Shown here in pieces: positions 11,524 through 21,483 of a stretch of DNA of 64,000 nucleotides; within the stretch, counting starts at the first letter, position 1; each line of letters opens with the position of its first letter. Location: positions 1 through 64,000 of the forward strand of contig JBGAQA010000025.1 in the NCBI GenBank assembly GCA_044220955.1, given 5' to 3'. Position numbers and translations under genes: made by a program. Source of the stretch: Sandaracinaceae bacterium. Its GTDB lineage: Bacteria > Myxococcota_A > Polyangia > Polyangiales > Sandaracinaceae. Below the pieces are notes generated by a model, which was not told where the DNA came from, did not search any database, and was given only the letters and a program-made list of their open reading frames with translations.

Positions 11524-11793
11524 GGTCCATCACCTCCGAGCGATCCGCCGCCCGCACCCTTGGCTGACGCAAGGGTCAGGCCGAGCCCCCCGCCGCCCGT
11601 CGGCATCGGCCGTCCCTCGTTTCCAGGCAAGTTTTCGGCACTATGCCTCGCACCTACATGTCCGGCCGTCACGCTCGACCGTGACGCCGCGGTCGCGTCA
11701 CACCCGCGCCGTGACGCGTAACAGCGCTTGCGTGGCGTGACCTGGGCTCCTACTTTCCCGGCGCAATTCCTCGGGTCGAGAGAGGTATCGAGC

Positions 11794-13281
11794 ATGCCGG
11801 GTCAGGGCGCGTCGGGTCTCACGTTCACGGAACCGCTGATCTTCGAGCGCGGCTCGCCGGGCCGGACGGGCGCGTCGCTCGCCCCGCTCGACGTCCCGGC
11901 GGCGGACCCGGAGGCGCTCTTCGGGAGCTTCTTCCGGAAGGAACAGCCGCACCTGCCCGAGGTGAGCGAGCCCGAGGCGTTCCGGCACTACGTGCGCCTC
12001 TCCCAGCAGAACTTCGCGATCGACCTCGGCATGTACCCGCTCGGGTCGTGCACGATGAAATACAACCCGAAGGTCAACGAGTGGGCGGCGCGCCTGCCCG
12101 GCTTCGCGAACCTGCATCCGTACGCGCCCGAGCACACGATCGGCGGCGCGCTCGAGCTGATGTGGCGCCTCGAGCAGGCGCTCGCCGAGATCGTCGGCAT
12201 GGACCGCGTCACGCTTCAGCCCGCCGCCGGCGCGCAGGGCGAGCTGACCGGCTTGATGATGATCCGCGCCTACCACCAGGCGCAGGGCCGCTCTCCGAAG
12301 AAGGTGCTCATCCCGGTGACCGCGCACGGGACCAACCCCGCGTCGTGCGCGCTCAACGGCCTCGTGACGGTCCCCTTCCCTTCCGGGGAGGACGGCGTCG
12401 TGCACCCGGAGAACGTCGCGTCGCTCCTCGACGACGACGTCGCGGCGATCATGATCACGAACCCGAACACCGTCGGGCTCTTCGAGAAGAACCTTCCGAC
12501 GATCGCCTCGATGCTCCACGACAAGGGCGCGCTCGTGTACGGCGACGGCGCGAACCTGAACGCGCTCATGGGCCGCACCCGCCCGGGCGATCTCGGCATC
12601 GACGTCATGCAGTTCAACCTGCACAAGACGTTCACCACGCCGCACGGAGGCGGCGGCCCCGGGTGTGGACCCGTCGCGCTCAAGAAGGCGCTCGAGCCCT
12701 TCATGCCGACGCCCGTCGTGGAGAAGACGCCCGAGGGCCTCTTCCGCCTCGACCACGAGCGCCCGCGCTCGATCGGCCGCGTGCGCAGCTTCTTCGGCAA
12801 CTTCGGCATGATGGTCCGCGCCTACGCGTACATCCGCGAGCTCGGCCCGGAGGGCCTGGCGCGAGCGACCGACTACGCCGTGCTGAACGCGAACTACCTG
12901 CGAGCTCGGCTCGGCGAGACGTGGCACGTCGCCTACGACAAGACGTGCATGCACGAGGTGATCATCAACGATCGCCACCTCAAGGACACGGGGGTCAAGA
13001 CGCTCGACGTGGCCAAGCGCCTGCTCGACTACGGCTTCCACGCACCGACGGTGTACTTCCCGCTCGTGGTCACGAACGCGATGCTCATCGAGCCGACCGA
13101 GACGGAGACGAAGGAGACGCTCGACGCCTTCGTCGAGGCGATGAGCGAGATCAGCAAGGAGGCGCTGACGGCGCCGGAGACGGTGAAGACCGCGCCGCAC
13201 CACACGCACCTGCGCCGGCTCGACGAGACGCGCGCCGCCCGCAAGCCGGTCCTCCGCTGGTCGCCAGCCGCGGGCAGCTGA
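11794..13281 (+). CDS. gcvPB: Glycine dehydrogenase (decarboxylating) subunit 2
   Basis: YPLGSCTMKYNP, QPAAGAQGE, AHGTNPAS, PLP-lysine NLHKTFTTPHGGGGPG, IEPTETE; SD GAGG. Confidence 0.95.
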   Translation: MPGQGASGLTFTEPLIFERGSPGRTGASLAPLDVPAADPEALFGSFFRKEQPHLPEVSEPEAFRHYVRLSQQNFAIDLGMYPLGSCTMKYNPKVNEWAARLPGFANLHPYAPEHTIGGALELMWRLEQALAEIVGMDRVTLQPAAGAQGELTGLMMIRAYHQAQGRSPKKVLIPVTAHGTNPASCALNGLVTVPFPSGEDGVVHPENVASLLDDDVAAIMITNPNTVGLFEKNLPTIASMLHDKGALVYGDGANLNALMGRTRPGDLGIDVMQFNLHKTFTTPHGGGGPGCGPVALKKALEPFMPTPVVEKTPEGLFRLDHERPRSIGRVRSFFGNFGMMVRAYAYIRELGPEGLARATDYAVLNANYLRARLGETWHVAYDKTCMHEVIINDRHLKDTGVKTLDVAKRLLDYGFHAPTVYFPLVVTNAMLIEPTETETKETLDAFVEAMSEISKEALTAPETVKTAPHHTHLRRLDETRAARKPVLRWSPAAGS

Positions 13282-13287
13282 GCGGGC

Positions 13288-13716
13288 TCAGCGGCGGCCG
13301 AGCGCGTCGAGGACGGCGCGCCGGCCGATCTCCGCGACGGCCTCGTCCTGGTCCTCGGGCAGGCCGCTGACGGCGACCGCCCCGACGACCGCGCCCTCGT
13401 GCTCGACCGGGAGACCGCCGGCCCAGCCGCAGATGCGCGCGTCACCGTAGTAGGCGACGTCGAGGCGCTCGGCGCTGCGCACGCGCTCGCCGATGGCGCG
13501 CGTCGCGCACGACTGGCACGCGGCCGTCCACGCCTTGTTCATCGCGATGCGCGCGGACGTTGCCGGGGCGCCGTCCAGGCGCTCGAGGGCGATCACGTCG
13601 CCGTGCGCGTCGGCGACGGCGACCACCGCGAGCGCGCCCCGGCGCGTGAGCTCCCGCGTCATCGCCTCGATCCCGGCCCGGGCCTCGCGTAGCTCGAGCG
13701 TCCTCTCCGTTCGCAC
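13288..13716 (-). CDS. GlcG/HbpS family heme-binding protein
   Basis: VVAVADAHG, IAMNKAWTA, GGLPV...VGAVAVSG...D motifs. Confidence 0.88.
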   Translation of the reverse strand: MRTERTLELREARAGIEAMTRELTRRGALAVVAVADAHGDVIALERLDGAPATSARIAMNKAWTAACQSCATRAIGERVRSAERLDVAYYGDARICGWAGGLPVEHEGAVVGAVAVSGLPEDQDEAVAEIGRRAVLDALGRR

Positions 13717-13729
13717 GGGCGCGAATCTA

Positions 13730-14782
13730 TCACCGCGCGGGATCGAGCGGGACGCACGTGGCGGGGGAGGGATCGACGTCGCGGACGAAGGTCGTGAAGA
13801 TGCCGTCGACGGTCGGCCGTCCCGGGCCGAGCGTCGCGTGGAAGGAGCCCTCGACGACGCCGCCCAGGGTCGCCTCGAGCGTGCGGATCGTCAGCGTGCC
13901 AGCTGCGCTCGGCACGTGCAGCCCGTCGAGCGAGATCGACAGCGTGCTCGTGCTCAGCCCAGGCAGCGCGCCGAGGTCGACGTCGAAGGGCGCCTCGGCG
14001 CCGGCGGCGATGTCGAGCGCGAGCGCCGGCGCGGCGAAGGGCGCGCGAGTCCGCTCCGGCTCGCCGAGCGTCAGGACGCGCGTGCACCCGCGGTACGAGA
14101 TGCGTGCTCCGCGTGCCGCCGAGGCGATCGCGCGCTGCGTCCCGTCCGCCATCGTGAGGGTCGTCGACGTCTCGAGCGGCGGCGTGGTCCGCACGTCGCC
14201 GCCGACGCGGGCACGGAGGTCGGCCGCGCGCGCGACGCACGCGTCGCGCTCCGCGCCCCCGAGCAGAGCGCAGCCGCGCGGATCGCCGAGCGCCGCCTCG
14301 CAGACGGCGGCGTCGACGACGCCGGCGGCCGTGCACAGCCGGCGATCGCGCGCCGCGAGCGCGACGCACAGAGGCGCGCGCCCCTCGAGCGTGCGCGACG
14401 CGGGGCAGTCGAGCGGGTGCCCGCTCGCGATGGCCACGCGGAGAACGCAGCGGTCCCGCAGGCTGGAGACGGTGACGCCCTCGCACACGCTCGGATCACC
14501 GCTCCGCTCCGCCTGTTCTTCGAGACAGGCGTCGTCGAAGATGGCCCCGTACCCGAGATCGTCGAGCGCGCCGCGGACGGGCGCCGGGGTCTGCGCGGCG
14601 AGGTCGCGCGCGCACGAGGTCCCTCCCGCGCCGCTGGCCGCGACGCCCCCGGAGATCGCCGGCGCCTCGAGCACCGCGGGGTGCCCGACGGGCCGATCGT
14701 CTTCGCCGCACGCCAGCGTCACGAGGGCGCAGATCGCGATCGCGAGTCCGATGCCTCGAGTGGGGGCGCGCCGTTCTCGCAC
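13730..14782 (-). CDS. Cys-rich hypothetical lipoprotein
   Basis: Lipobox TLAC; repeated D-x-x-x-C helical units; start at GTG 14782 inferred from TATTCT 7 nt upstream. Confidence 0.65.
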   Translation of the reverse strand: MRERRAPTRGIGLAIAICALVTLACGEDDRPVGHPAVLEAPAISGGVAASGAGGTSCARDLAAQTPAPVRGALDDLGYGAIFDDACLEEQAERSGDPSVCEGVTVSSLRDRCVLRVAIASGHPLDCPASRTLEGRAPLCVALAARDRRLCTAAGVVDAAVCEAALGDPRGCALLGGAERDACVARAADLRARVGGDVRTTPPLETSTTLTMADGTQRAIASAARGARISYRGCTRVLTLGEPERTRAPFAAPALALDIAAGAEAPFDVDLGALPGLSTSTLSISLDGLHVPSAAGTLTIRTLEATLGGVVEGSFHATLGPGRPTVDGIFTTFVRDVDPSPATCVPLDPAR

Positions 14783-14816
14783 GATGAGGAGAATAGCGGT
14801 ACAACGTGGGCGCTCC

Positions 14817-15995
14817 ATGCGTTCGTCGCGCATCGCTCTCGTGTCCGCGCTCGCGGCCGCCCTCGCGGTGCCGGACTGGGCCCTCGCTCAGGCTCCGGGA
14901 CCCGGGCCGGAGACGGAGAGCACCGAGGCGACGCCCGACGCGACGCCACCACCCGACGTGGCAGGCGCGACCGAGGACGTTCCGGCGCCCGAGGGCGCGA
15001 GCGCCTCGGCCGACGCGCCGGCAGCGCCCTCGCTCGGCGTCATCGTCATCGACGCGGCCACCTACGGCATCGACCCCATCGTCGGGCGCGTCGCGACGGA
15101 CGTGATCCGCCGCACGGCCGGCACGATGGGCTACGGCGTGGTCGACGGGCCCACCACCATCGCGTTCGCGCAGCGCGCCCGCATGCCGTATCCGCCGACC
15201 CCCGCCGACCTCTGGCGCACGACGTACTCCGCCCAGGTCCACCGCGGGATCTTCGCCCGGCTCTGGGCGGAAGGCGGCCACTACGTCATCGAGATCATCG
15301 TGGCGAGCGTCGACGGCGCGGGCCCCTTCTTCGGGCGCGAGACGGCAGGTGCGGAGGATCTGCGTGACGCCGTCGCCCGCCTCACGCAGAGCGCGCTGCC
15401 GCCCCCGAGCCAGTGGAACCCCGGCGGCGTGCCGGCCGCGACGACCGCGGCACCGCCGACGACGACCGCCGGCCCCCAGGCCAGCTCACCCCATCGCGCG
15501 CGCGCCGAGCTCGCGCAGCCGCAGGGCCGCGACGGCCGCCGCTGGCGTCGCCCCGAGCCCGAGCTGCGCCGCTTCGCGGTCACGCTCCAGACGGAGTCGT
15601 CGATCGGCACGACGCAGGGCAGCTTCTACAACCACTTCGTCGGCGCGCGCGTCGACGTGCGCCTCATCCGCGACTTCATGATCGGCGGCTATTTCGCCTA
15701 CGTGAACCTCGAGGGGCGGACGCAGCGCGAGAGCAACTTCTATTTCCAGCTGGACGTCGAGTACCGCATCCGCCCCGCGGCGGGCCTGGATCTCACGATC
15801 CCGCTGCGCGTGGGCGTCGGGTACCTCGCCTACAACGGCCCCGTCGGACGGGTCTCGGCGGGGCTGAACTACGCGCTCAGCGAGAACTGGGAGGTCGGCA
15901 TCGATCTCATCGCGCCGATGTTCTATTTCCTGCCGGCCCTGGGCCGCGTCGCGGTCGCCTTCGACTTCGCCCTCGAGGTCGGCTACCGCTTCTGA
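14817..15995 (+). CDS. Secreted protein with C-terminal outer-membrane beta-barrel
   Basis: Signal peptide ending ALA-Q; Pro/Ala linker; alternating aromatic strands ending LEVGYRF. Confidence 0.7.
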   Translation: MRSSRIALVSALAAALAVPDWALAQAPGPGPETESTEATPDATPPPDVAGATEDVPAPEGASASADAPAAPSLGVIVIDAATYGIDPIVGRVATDVIRRTAGTMGYGVVDGPTTIAFAQRARMPYPPTPADLWRTTYSAQVHRGIFARLWAEGGHYVIEIIVASVDGAGPFFGRETAGAEDLRDAVARLTQSALPPPSQWNPGGVPAATTAAPPTTTAGPQASSPHRARAELAQPQGRDGRRWRRPEPELRRFAVTLQTESSIGTTQGSFYNHFVGARVDVRLIRDFMIGGYFAYVNLEGRTQRESNFYFQLDVEYRIRPAAGLDLTIPLRVGVGYLAYNGPVGRVSAGLNYALSENWEVGIDLIAPMFYFLPALGRVAVAFDFALEVGYRF

Positions 15996-16086
15996 CGGCG
16001 GACGGAGGGGGCCGGAGGGGCGAGCCGACCAATTCGAGCCTCGATCTTGCGGCGCTCGCACCGGGGCGGATAGTCTCGACCGGCGC

Positions 16087-17886
16087 ATGCTCGCCCGTCT
16101 CTTCAGGTCGCCCGCGTTCATCCTCGCGCTGCTCGCGTTCGTCGCGCTCGGGATCGGCCTCGGCGGGTTCGTCGGCAGCGTCTCGAGCGCGTGGGCCGGG
16201 GCGGCGATCACCGGGCTGGTCGGTCTGCTCGGTGCGATCGTGGCCGTGGCCATCGTGCCCGCCGAGGCGCAGCGCAGCTCCGCGATCTCCGTCGCCGCCG
16301 TGCGCGACGCCGGCGACGGGAAGCGCCCCCGCCGTCCCGCCGAGCTCGGACCGGGCGAGGGCGACATCTTCGATGCGCTCGACGAGGTCGCAGACTCCAT
16401 CGAGGAGGCGGACTCCGAGGAGGAGGAGCTCGAGGGCAAGCTCCGCGAGGCCGAGGAGCGCGGCCAGAAGGCGCTGACCGAGCTCAAGCAGATCGAGGAG
16501 CGCCTCTCGCGCTCCGTGTCCGAGCGCGAGACGCTCGGCGCCACGCGCGCGGAGCTCGAGATGCGCGTGGCGCGCGCCGACGACGATCACAAGCGCGTCG
16601 AGCGGGCCCTGAACGAGGTCGCCTCGTCGATCCTCGGCCAGCTCACGCAGCTGGGCGCCGGGTTCGAGGAGCAGATGAGCGCGGTCGAGCAGACCACGCG
16701 CTCGATGCAGGAAGTGAACGGCCAGCTCCAGCAGCTCTCGACCAACGTCGAGGCGCTCGCGTCGAACGCCGAGGAGAGCTCGAGCTCCATCCTCGAGATG
16801 ACCGCGACGAACGACGAGGTCGCCGAGAACACCGCGAACCTCGCCTCGAGCGTGCGCGAGACGGTCTCCTCGATCGAGGAGATGACGTACTCCATCAAGG
16901 AGGTCGCGCGGAACGTCGACGCCCTCTCGCTCACCGCCGAGGAGACCTCGAGCTCGATGAACCAGATGGACGTGTCCATCGACCAGGTGCAGTCGAACGC
17001 CAACGAGACGGCGCGCCTCTCCGAGCAGGTCGCGCGCGACGCCGAGATCGGCGCCGACGCCATCCTGAAGACGATCCAGGAGATCAACCGCATCAAGGAC
17101 TCGTCGAGCGAGGCCGTGAGCGTCATCTCGAACCTCGGCACGCGCATCGAGGCGATCGGCGACATCCTCGACGTCATCGACGACGTGGCCGAGCAGACGA
17201 ACCTGCTCGCGCTGAACGCCGCCATCATCGCCGCGCAGGCGGGCGAGCACGGCAAGGGCTTCGCGGTCGTCGCCGACGAGATCAAGGATCTCGCCGAGCG
17301 TGCCGGCGCGAGCACGCGCGAGATCGCCGAGCTGATCAAGGCGATCCAGAACGAGTCGAAGAAGGGCATCAGCGCCGTCGAGAAGGGCGCGCAGACCGTC
17401 GACCGCGGCGTCGAGGTGTCCGCCGAGGCGGAGACGGCGCTCAAGAAGATCCTCGACAGCTCGCAGAAGTCGACGGCCATGGTGCGCGCGATCGCGCGCG
17501 CGACGGTCGAGCAGGCCAAGGGCAGTAAGCAGGTCACCGACGCCATCGGCCGCATCGCCGAGACGGTGCAGCAGATCGCCGCCGCCACCGCCGAGCAGGC
17601 GCGCGGCTCCGAGCTGATCATGAAGAGCGCCGAGAAGATGCGCCTCATCACGCAGCACGTGGAGCGCAGCAGCCAGGAGCAGGCGCGCGGCGGCCGTCAG
17701 ATCAGCCAGGCCATCGAGAACATCTCCAGCATGGTCAACCAGCTCCACCAGTCGCACCGCCTGCAGGCGCGCAACTCCGAGCAGACCGTGGGCGCCGCCA
17801 AGCGCATCGGCGAGCTGACGCGTCAGTACGACACGCAGCTCAAGGAGATCGGCAGGCTCGCCGAGCGCCTCGCCAAGCTGGGGTGA
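16087..17886 (+). CDS. Methyl-accepting chemotaxis protein
   Basis: Hairpin tip [36 protein letters not shown]; two N-terminal TM helices. Confidence 0.93.
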   Translation: MLARLFRSPAFILALLAFVALGIGLGGFVGSVSSAWAGAAITGLVGLLGAIVAVAIVPAEAQRSSAISVAAVRDAGDGKRPRRPAELGPGEGDIFDALDEVADSIEEADSEEEELEGKLREAEERGQKALTELKQIEERLSRSVSERETLGATRAELEMRVARADDDHKRVERALNEVASSILGQLTQLGAGFEEQMSAVEQTTRSMQEVNGQLQQLSTNVEALASNAEESSSSILEMTATNDEVAENTANLASSVRETVSSIEEMTYSIKEVARNVDALSLTAEETSSSMNQMDVSIDQVQSNANETARLSEQVARDAEIGADAILKTIQEINRIKDSSSEAVSVISNLGTRIEAIGDILDVIDDVAEQTNLLALNAAIIAAQAGEHGKGFAVVADEIKDLAERAGASTREIAELIKAIQNESKKGISAVEKGAQTVDRGVEVSAEAETALKKILDSSQKSTAMVRAIARATVEQAKGSKQVTDAIGRIAETVQQIAAATAEQARGSELIMKSAEKMRLITQHVERSSQEQARGGRQISQAIENISSMVNQLHQSHRLQARNSEQTVGAAKRIGELTRQYDTQLKEIGRLAERLAKLG

Positions 17887-17928
17887 GCTGGGCACGAGCT
17901 CCCGCCGCCCGCGAGCGCGTGGAGAGGG

Positions 17929-18519
17929 TCAGCCGGGCGCGTCTTCGAAGTCCGAGATCTCGGCCCACATCGCGTCCAGATCCAGGACGAGACCTTCGCA
18001 ACCGGGCACGCTGACCTTGCCCTCGCCCGCGACGCACGCGATCGCATAGGTGCCGTCGTCCCCACGGGCGAGGACCTCGAACGTCCGCGGCTCGGGATCG
18101 ACGAGCCAGTAGTAGCGGATCCCGAAGCGTGCGTACTCGAGCAGCTTCTCGAATCGATCGCGCCGACGGTCGCGCGCAGAGGGCGACACGATCTCGATGG
18201 CGATGTCCGGCGGCACACGCACGACCTCGTGCGCGGGCAGCCTGGTGCGGTCGAAGTACACCGTCAGATCCGGCTTCCGCCCGCGTGTCTCGGCGACGGC
18301 GAACTTCGCATCGGAGGTCAAGATCCGCCCCCTCGCAGCGAGCCAGACGCGGAGCACGAACGCCAGGTGCGCGACGATCGTCTCATGGAGCGCGCCCACG
18401 TCTTCCTCCTCGACGAGGACGCCGTCGACGAGCTCGCCGGGCACGTCCTCGTCCAGGCGAGCCCACTCGTCCAGCGTCAGAAGGCGACCGGCCTCGCCAG
18501 CGCGTACCGCGACGACCAT
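17929..18519 (-). CDS. Uma2 (DUF820) family endonuclease
   Basis: ELVDG, H, RKPD, PDIAIEIVSPS, D...K...Y...GIRYYWLVDP. Confidence 0.9.
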   Translation of the reverse strand: MVVAVRAGEAGRLLTLDEWARLDEDVPGELVDGVLVEEEDVGALHETIVAHLAFVLRVWLAARGRILTSDAKFAVAETRGRKPDLTVYFDRTRLPAHEVVRVPPDIAIEIVSPSARDRRRDRFEKLLEYARFGIRYYWLVDPEPRTFEVLARGDDGTYAIACVAGEGKVSVPGCEGLVLDLDAMWAEISDFEDAPG

Positions 18520-18551
18520 GAGCGAAAGTGTCGCACGGCGAACCGGCGGCG

Positions 18552-18875
18552 TCACCCGAGGCGGGCCGCAGGCTTCGGTCGGCCCGGTGCCCGCCGCCGC
18601 GGCTTCCGCGCTGGACGAAGCAGGTCGTGCGGCATGCAGCCGAGCGCTCGCGCCAGCGCGACGAGGAAGACGAGCGAGACGTTGACCCGACTACCCACGC
18701 CTTCGATCCGTGCGATGTAGGTCGTCTCGGTACCGACGCTCTCGGCGAGCGCCTGCTGTGTCAGGCCCCGCGCGTGCCGGCGAGCGCGGACGTTGGCCGT
18801 CAACCATCCCGACGCCTCGCCGAGAGCACCCGCGAGCGCGGGGTCGTCCGCCGCGCCGAGGTGTCGCCGTGACAT
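18552..18875 (-). CDS. XRE-family helix-turn-helix regulator
   Basis: NVRARRHARGLTQQALAESVG...YIARIEG...NVSL...LARAL. Confidence 0.85.
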   Translation of the reverse strand: MSRRHLGAADDPALAGALGEASGWLTANVRARRHARGLTQQALAESVGTETTYIARIEGVGSRVNVSLVFLVALARALGCMPHDLLRPARKPRRRAPGRPKPAARLG

Positions 18876-18982
18876 TCGCGCCAGCGTTCCGCCGCGGGGC
18901 TGGACACAACATACACAGATAGTGCAATATTTAGCTCTCGGACCGTCCTACTCGGCCGGAACCGGGAGAGGGGCCGGCAGCC

Positions 18983-19462
18983 GTGGGAGAGCGCAAGAAC
19001 CCCTATGTCGCGGCAGCGCTGGGCTTCTTCTTCGGGCCGTTCGGTCTCTTCTACGTCTCCCCGCTGCATGCGATCCTCGGCTTCGGCATCGTGCTCGTCG
19101 TCTCGACGCTCACGGCGGCGATTGGCCTGCTGCCGACGTGGATCGCCTGCGCCGTCTGGGGATACTTCGCAGCGCTACGAAAGAACGAGGCCATCGATCG
19201 CGCGCAGTCGCACTCTGCGCAAACGGCGGCGACCTACTTCGCGCAGGCACCGCAGTCGTTCGGCCAGCCGTCGCTGGGGCAGCCACCGTTCGGGCAGCCA
19301 TCGTTCGGGCAGCCGCCCGTTCTGGCCGCGGCACCGACGGCACAACTCGCTGCCTCGGCCGGTTCCGCCGCCGCCGCCTCGCCCGCGTGTCGCTCCTGTG
19401 GAGCCCCGCGCGTGAGCTCTGTGTCCCGCTTCTGCGCCGGATGCGGTGCACCGATCGAATGA
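18983..19462 (+). CDS. Membrane protein (TM2-like N-terminus) with PxFGQ repeats and C-terminal zinc ribbon
   Basis: KNPYVAAALGFFFGPFGLFY, 2-3 TM segments, CRSC...FCAGCG. Confidence 0.75.
   Translation: MGERKNPYVAAALGFFFGPFGLFYVSPLHAILGFGIVLVVSTLTAAIGLLPTWIACAVWGYFAALRKNEAIDRAQSHSAQTAATYFAQAPQSFGQPSLGQPPFGQPSFGQPPVLAAAPTAQLAASAGSAAAASPACRSCGAPRVSSVSRFCAGCGAPIE
19251..19318 (+). repeat. Coding 15-bp tandem repeat (xxFGQ-type pentapeptide, about 4 copies)
   Basis: Encodes PQSFGQPSLGQPPFGQPSFGQPP. Confidence 0.8.
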
Positions 19463-19484
19463 CCGTATCCGCTGAGGAGGACTC

Positions 19485-19715
19485 ATGCGCCTGTTCGAGA
19501 TGATGGACCGGCTTGCACCTGTCGCGAACGAGCGTGTCCGACCCACACCGGTCGATGGCGACAACGCCGTGGGCGACTCGAGTGGCGGCGTCGGACTGGT
19601 CTCCTGGCAGCAGAACACGGCCTGGGCTCTCAACCATGACTTCGACGGCGACGGCATCGTAGACGCACTCGACAACTACCTCGGGCCCGGCGCGTTCGAT
19701 CCGCATGGTCGGTGA
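19485..19715 (+). CDS. Small protein (76 aa) with DxDGDG Ca-binding-like motif
   Basis: Strong SD GAGGAGG; HDFDGDGIVDALDN; stop overlaps the next gene. Confidence 0.7.
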   Translation: MRLFEMMDRLAPVANERVRPTPVDGDNAVGDSSGGVGLVSWQQNTAWALNHDFDGDGIVDALDNYLGPGAFDPHGR

Positions 19716-21186
19716 ACGGCAGCTCGCGTCATCACGCGTGGACACCGTGGCGGCGACACGCTTCAGCGCGTTCGCAGTAGTCGCTCGGGCCGCACACGAG
19801 TGCGGAGCACTCAGCGCCACGGACCGCGGTCGACTCGTCAACACGCTTGCCGACGTCGGCCGTCTTCCCGACGAGGCTCACGCGCGGGCGCTTCGCATGC
19901 TCGATGAACAGGCCCCGCTGCGACGCAGCGCCTTCCTGTCCCCCGCGCAGACGATCGCGCTCGGGCTCACGCTGTGGAACGCGCTCGGTCCCCGAGCACT
20001 CGCACTCATCCGGGAGCTCTGCGACGCGCAGGGAACGCCGGATTCATGGCCGGAGGTGATCGGGCGCGTGGCGTCCGAGCGTCTGGGTGCCCCGGGGCGG
20101 GTTGCCGATGGAACGGTCGCCGCGCTGCTCGATCCGCCGGACGCCGTCGTCGACATCAGCGTCGAGCTCGCCGTGCGCCTCGGTCTGGGGGGCGCGGCCG
20201 TCCATCCCCTCCAGCACCTGCCGCCGAGTCTGATTCAGCACGCGGCAGATCGAACCGCGCTCGAGGGACTCCGCCAGGTCGCTGGTCTCGACATGGTCAT
20301 CAAGAAGTTCGCCGAGTGGCGATCGGGCGTGAACCAGCACCTCTCCGCGCGCGAGAAGATCCGTGTGTCGCAACTTCAGTTCGCCGACCTCCACGCGATC
20401 TGGGTCGAGGCCGTCGAGCGCTCCGGCGTCTCGCAGGCTCCCGCGCTCTTCGTCGAGGCGGGTCTGAATGCGTACGCTCGCGGCGGCGGTGCATCGTTCG
20501 AGGTCGTCGTCGGGTCTGGCCTCGTCTCGTTGCTCGAGCCCGCGGAGCTGCTCTTCGTGTTCGGTCACGAGCTCGGACACATCCGCAGCGACCACTGCAT
20601 GTACCGTCAGGTCACCGAGACGATGACGGATGGCGCGGGCGGCTTCATGGCGGTGCTCGCCGGGATCCCGTTCGGGCTGGGACGCCTCGCGGTCAGCCCC
20701 ATCCACATGGCGCTGCGGCACTGGTACCGGATGAGCGAGCTGACGGCCGATCGTTTCGGTCTGCTCGTCTGTGAGGACATCGACGCCGCAGGCCGGGTCC
20801 TCATGAAGCTCGCGGGCACGCCGCCGAGATACTTCGCGCGAATGAGCTGGCGAGCGTTCGCCGCGCAGGCGGCGGGTTCGGAGTTGGGCGCGGCTCAGAA
20901 GGCGGCTGCCTGGTACGAGGGGTCGAGCAAGTCGCACCCGGACCTCGCGGTGCGCGCTGCCGAGTTGATCGCATGGCAGCCGGAATACGATCGGTTCATG
21001 GCCCTCGATCCCGACCGGTTCGGCCGCGCAGTGCGCGGAATGGAGCGCATGCAGGAGCTGCTTTCGGGACCGCCGCGAGCGCCGACCGTCTCGATGCCCG
21101 CCCCCGGAACGAGCTGCAGTTCTTGCTCGCAACCGCTCGATCCGACGCAGCGCTTCTGCGACGTTTGTGGTGCGCGGCGCGCGTGA
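19705..21186 (+). CDS. M48 family zinc metallopeptidase with N-terminal helical domain and C-terminal zinc ribbon
   Basis: LNAYA, ELLFVFGHELGHI (HExxH), SELTADR, SHP...R; C-terminal CSSC...FCDVCG. Confidence 0.88.
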   Translation: MVGERQLASSRVDTVAATRFSAFAVVARAAHECGALSATDRGRLVNTLADVGRLPDEAHARALRMLDEQAPLRRSAFLSPAQTIALGLTLWNALGPRALALIRELCDAQGTPDSWPEVIGRVASERLGAPGRVADGTVAALLDPPDAVVDISVELAVRLGLGGAAVHPLQHLPPSLIQHAADRTALEGLRQVAGLDMVIKKFAEWRSGVNQHLSAREKIRVSQLQFADLHAIWVEAVERSGVSQAPALFVEAGLNAYARGGGASFEVVVGSGLVSLLEPAELLFVFGHELGHIRSDHCMYRQVTETMTDGAGGFMAVLAGIPFGLGRLAVSPIHMALRHWYRMSELTADRFGLLVCEDIDAAGRVLMKLAGTPPRYFARMSWRAFAAQAAGSELGAAQKAAAWYEGSSKSHPDLAVRAAELIAWQPEYDRFMALDPDRFGRAVRGMERMQELLSGPPRAPTVSMPAPGTSCSSCSQPLDPTQRFCDVCGARRA

Positions 21187-21237
21187 GACGTCGCCTGTCT
21201 CTCTCGCGTGGATCGCGGGAAGTGTTATGCTGATGTT

Positions 21238-21483
21238 ATGACGATCACACGCGTCACCATCAGCATGCCGAGCGAGCTCGCCCGCAGGGTGAAGAGGGCC
21301 GCAGGCAAGAAGCCGGTCTCGAGCTGGCTGACCGAGCTGCTCGAGGACCATCTCTCGACGCAGGATCTCGAGGGTGTCTGGGATCGGTACATCGCCGACA
21401 TGGCGTTCACCGAGCGCGAGACGCGTGAGGCGCGCGCGCGGCTCGACCGGCTGACGAAGCGAAAGCGCCGACGTGCGGCGTGA
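21238..21483 (+). CDS. Ribbon-helix-helix antitoxin (VapB/CopG-like)
   Basis: TRVTISMPSELARRVK...VSSWLTELLE; overlaps the PIN gene. Confidence 0.8.
   Translation: MTITRVTISMPSELARRVKRAAGKKPVSSWLTELLEDHLSTQDLEGVWDRYIADMAFTERETREARARLDRLTKRKRRRAA

Noticed and set aside
11524..11793. Glycine riboswitch upstream of gcvPB
   Set aside because: Conserved aptamer sequences were not recognisable by eye; an Rfam scan would settle it
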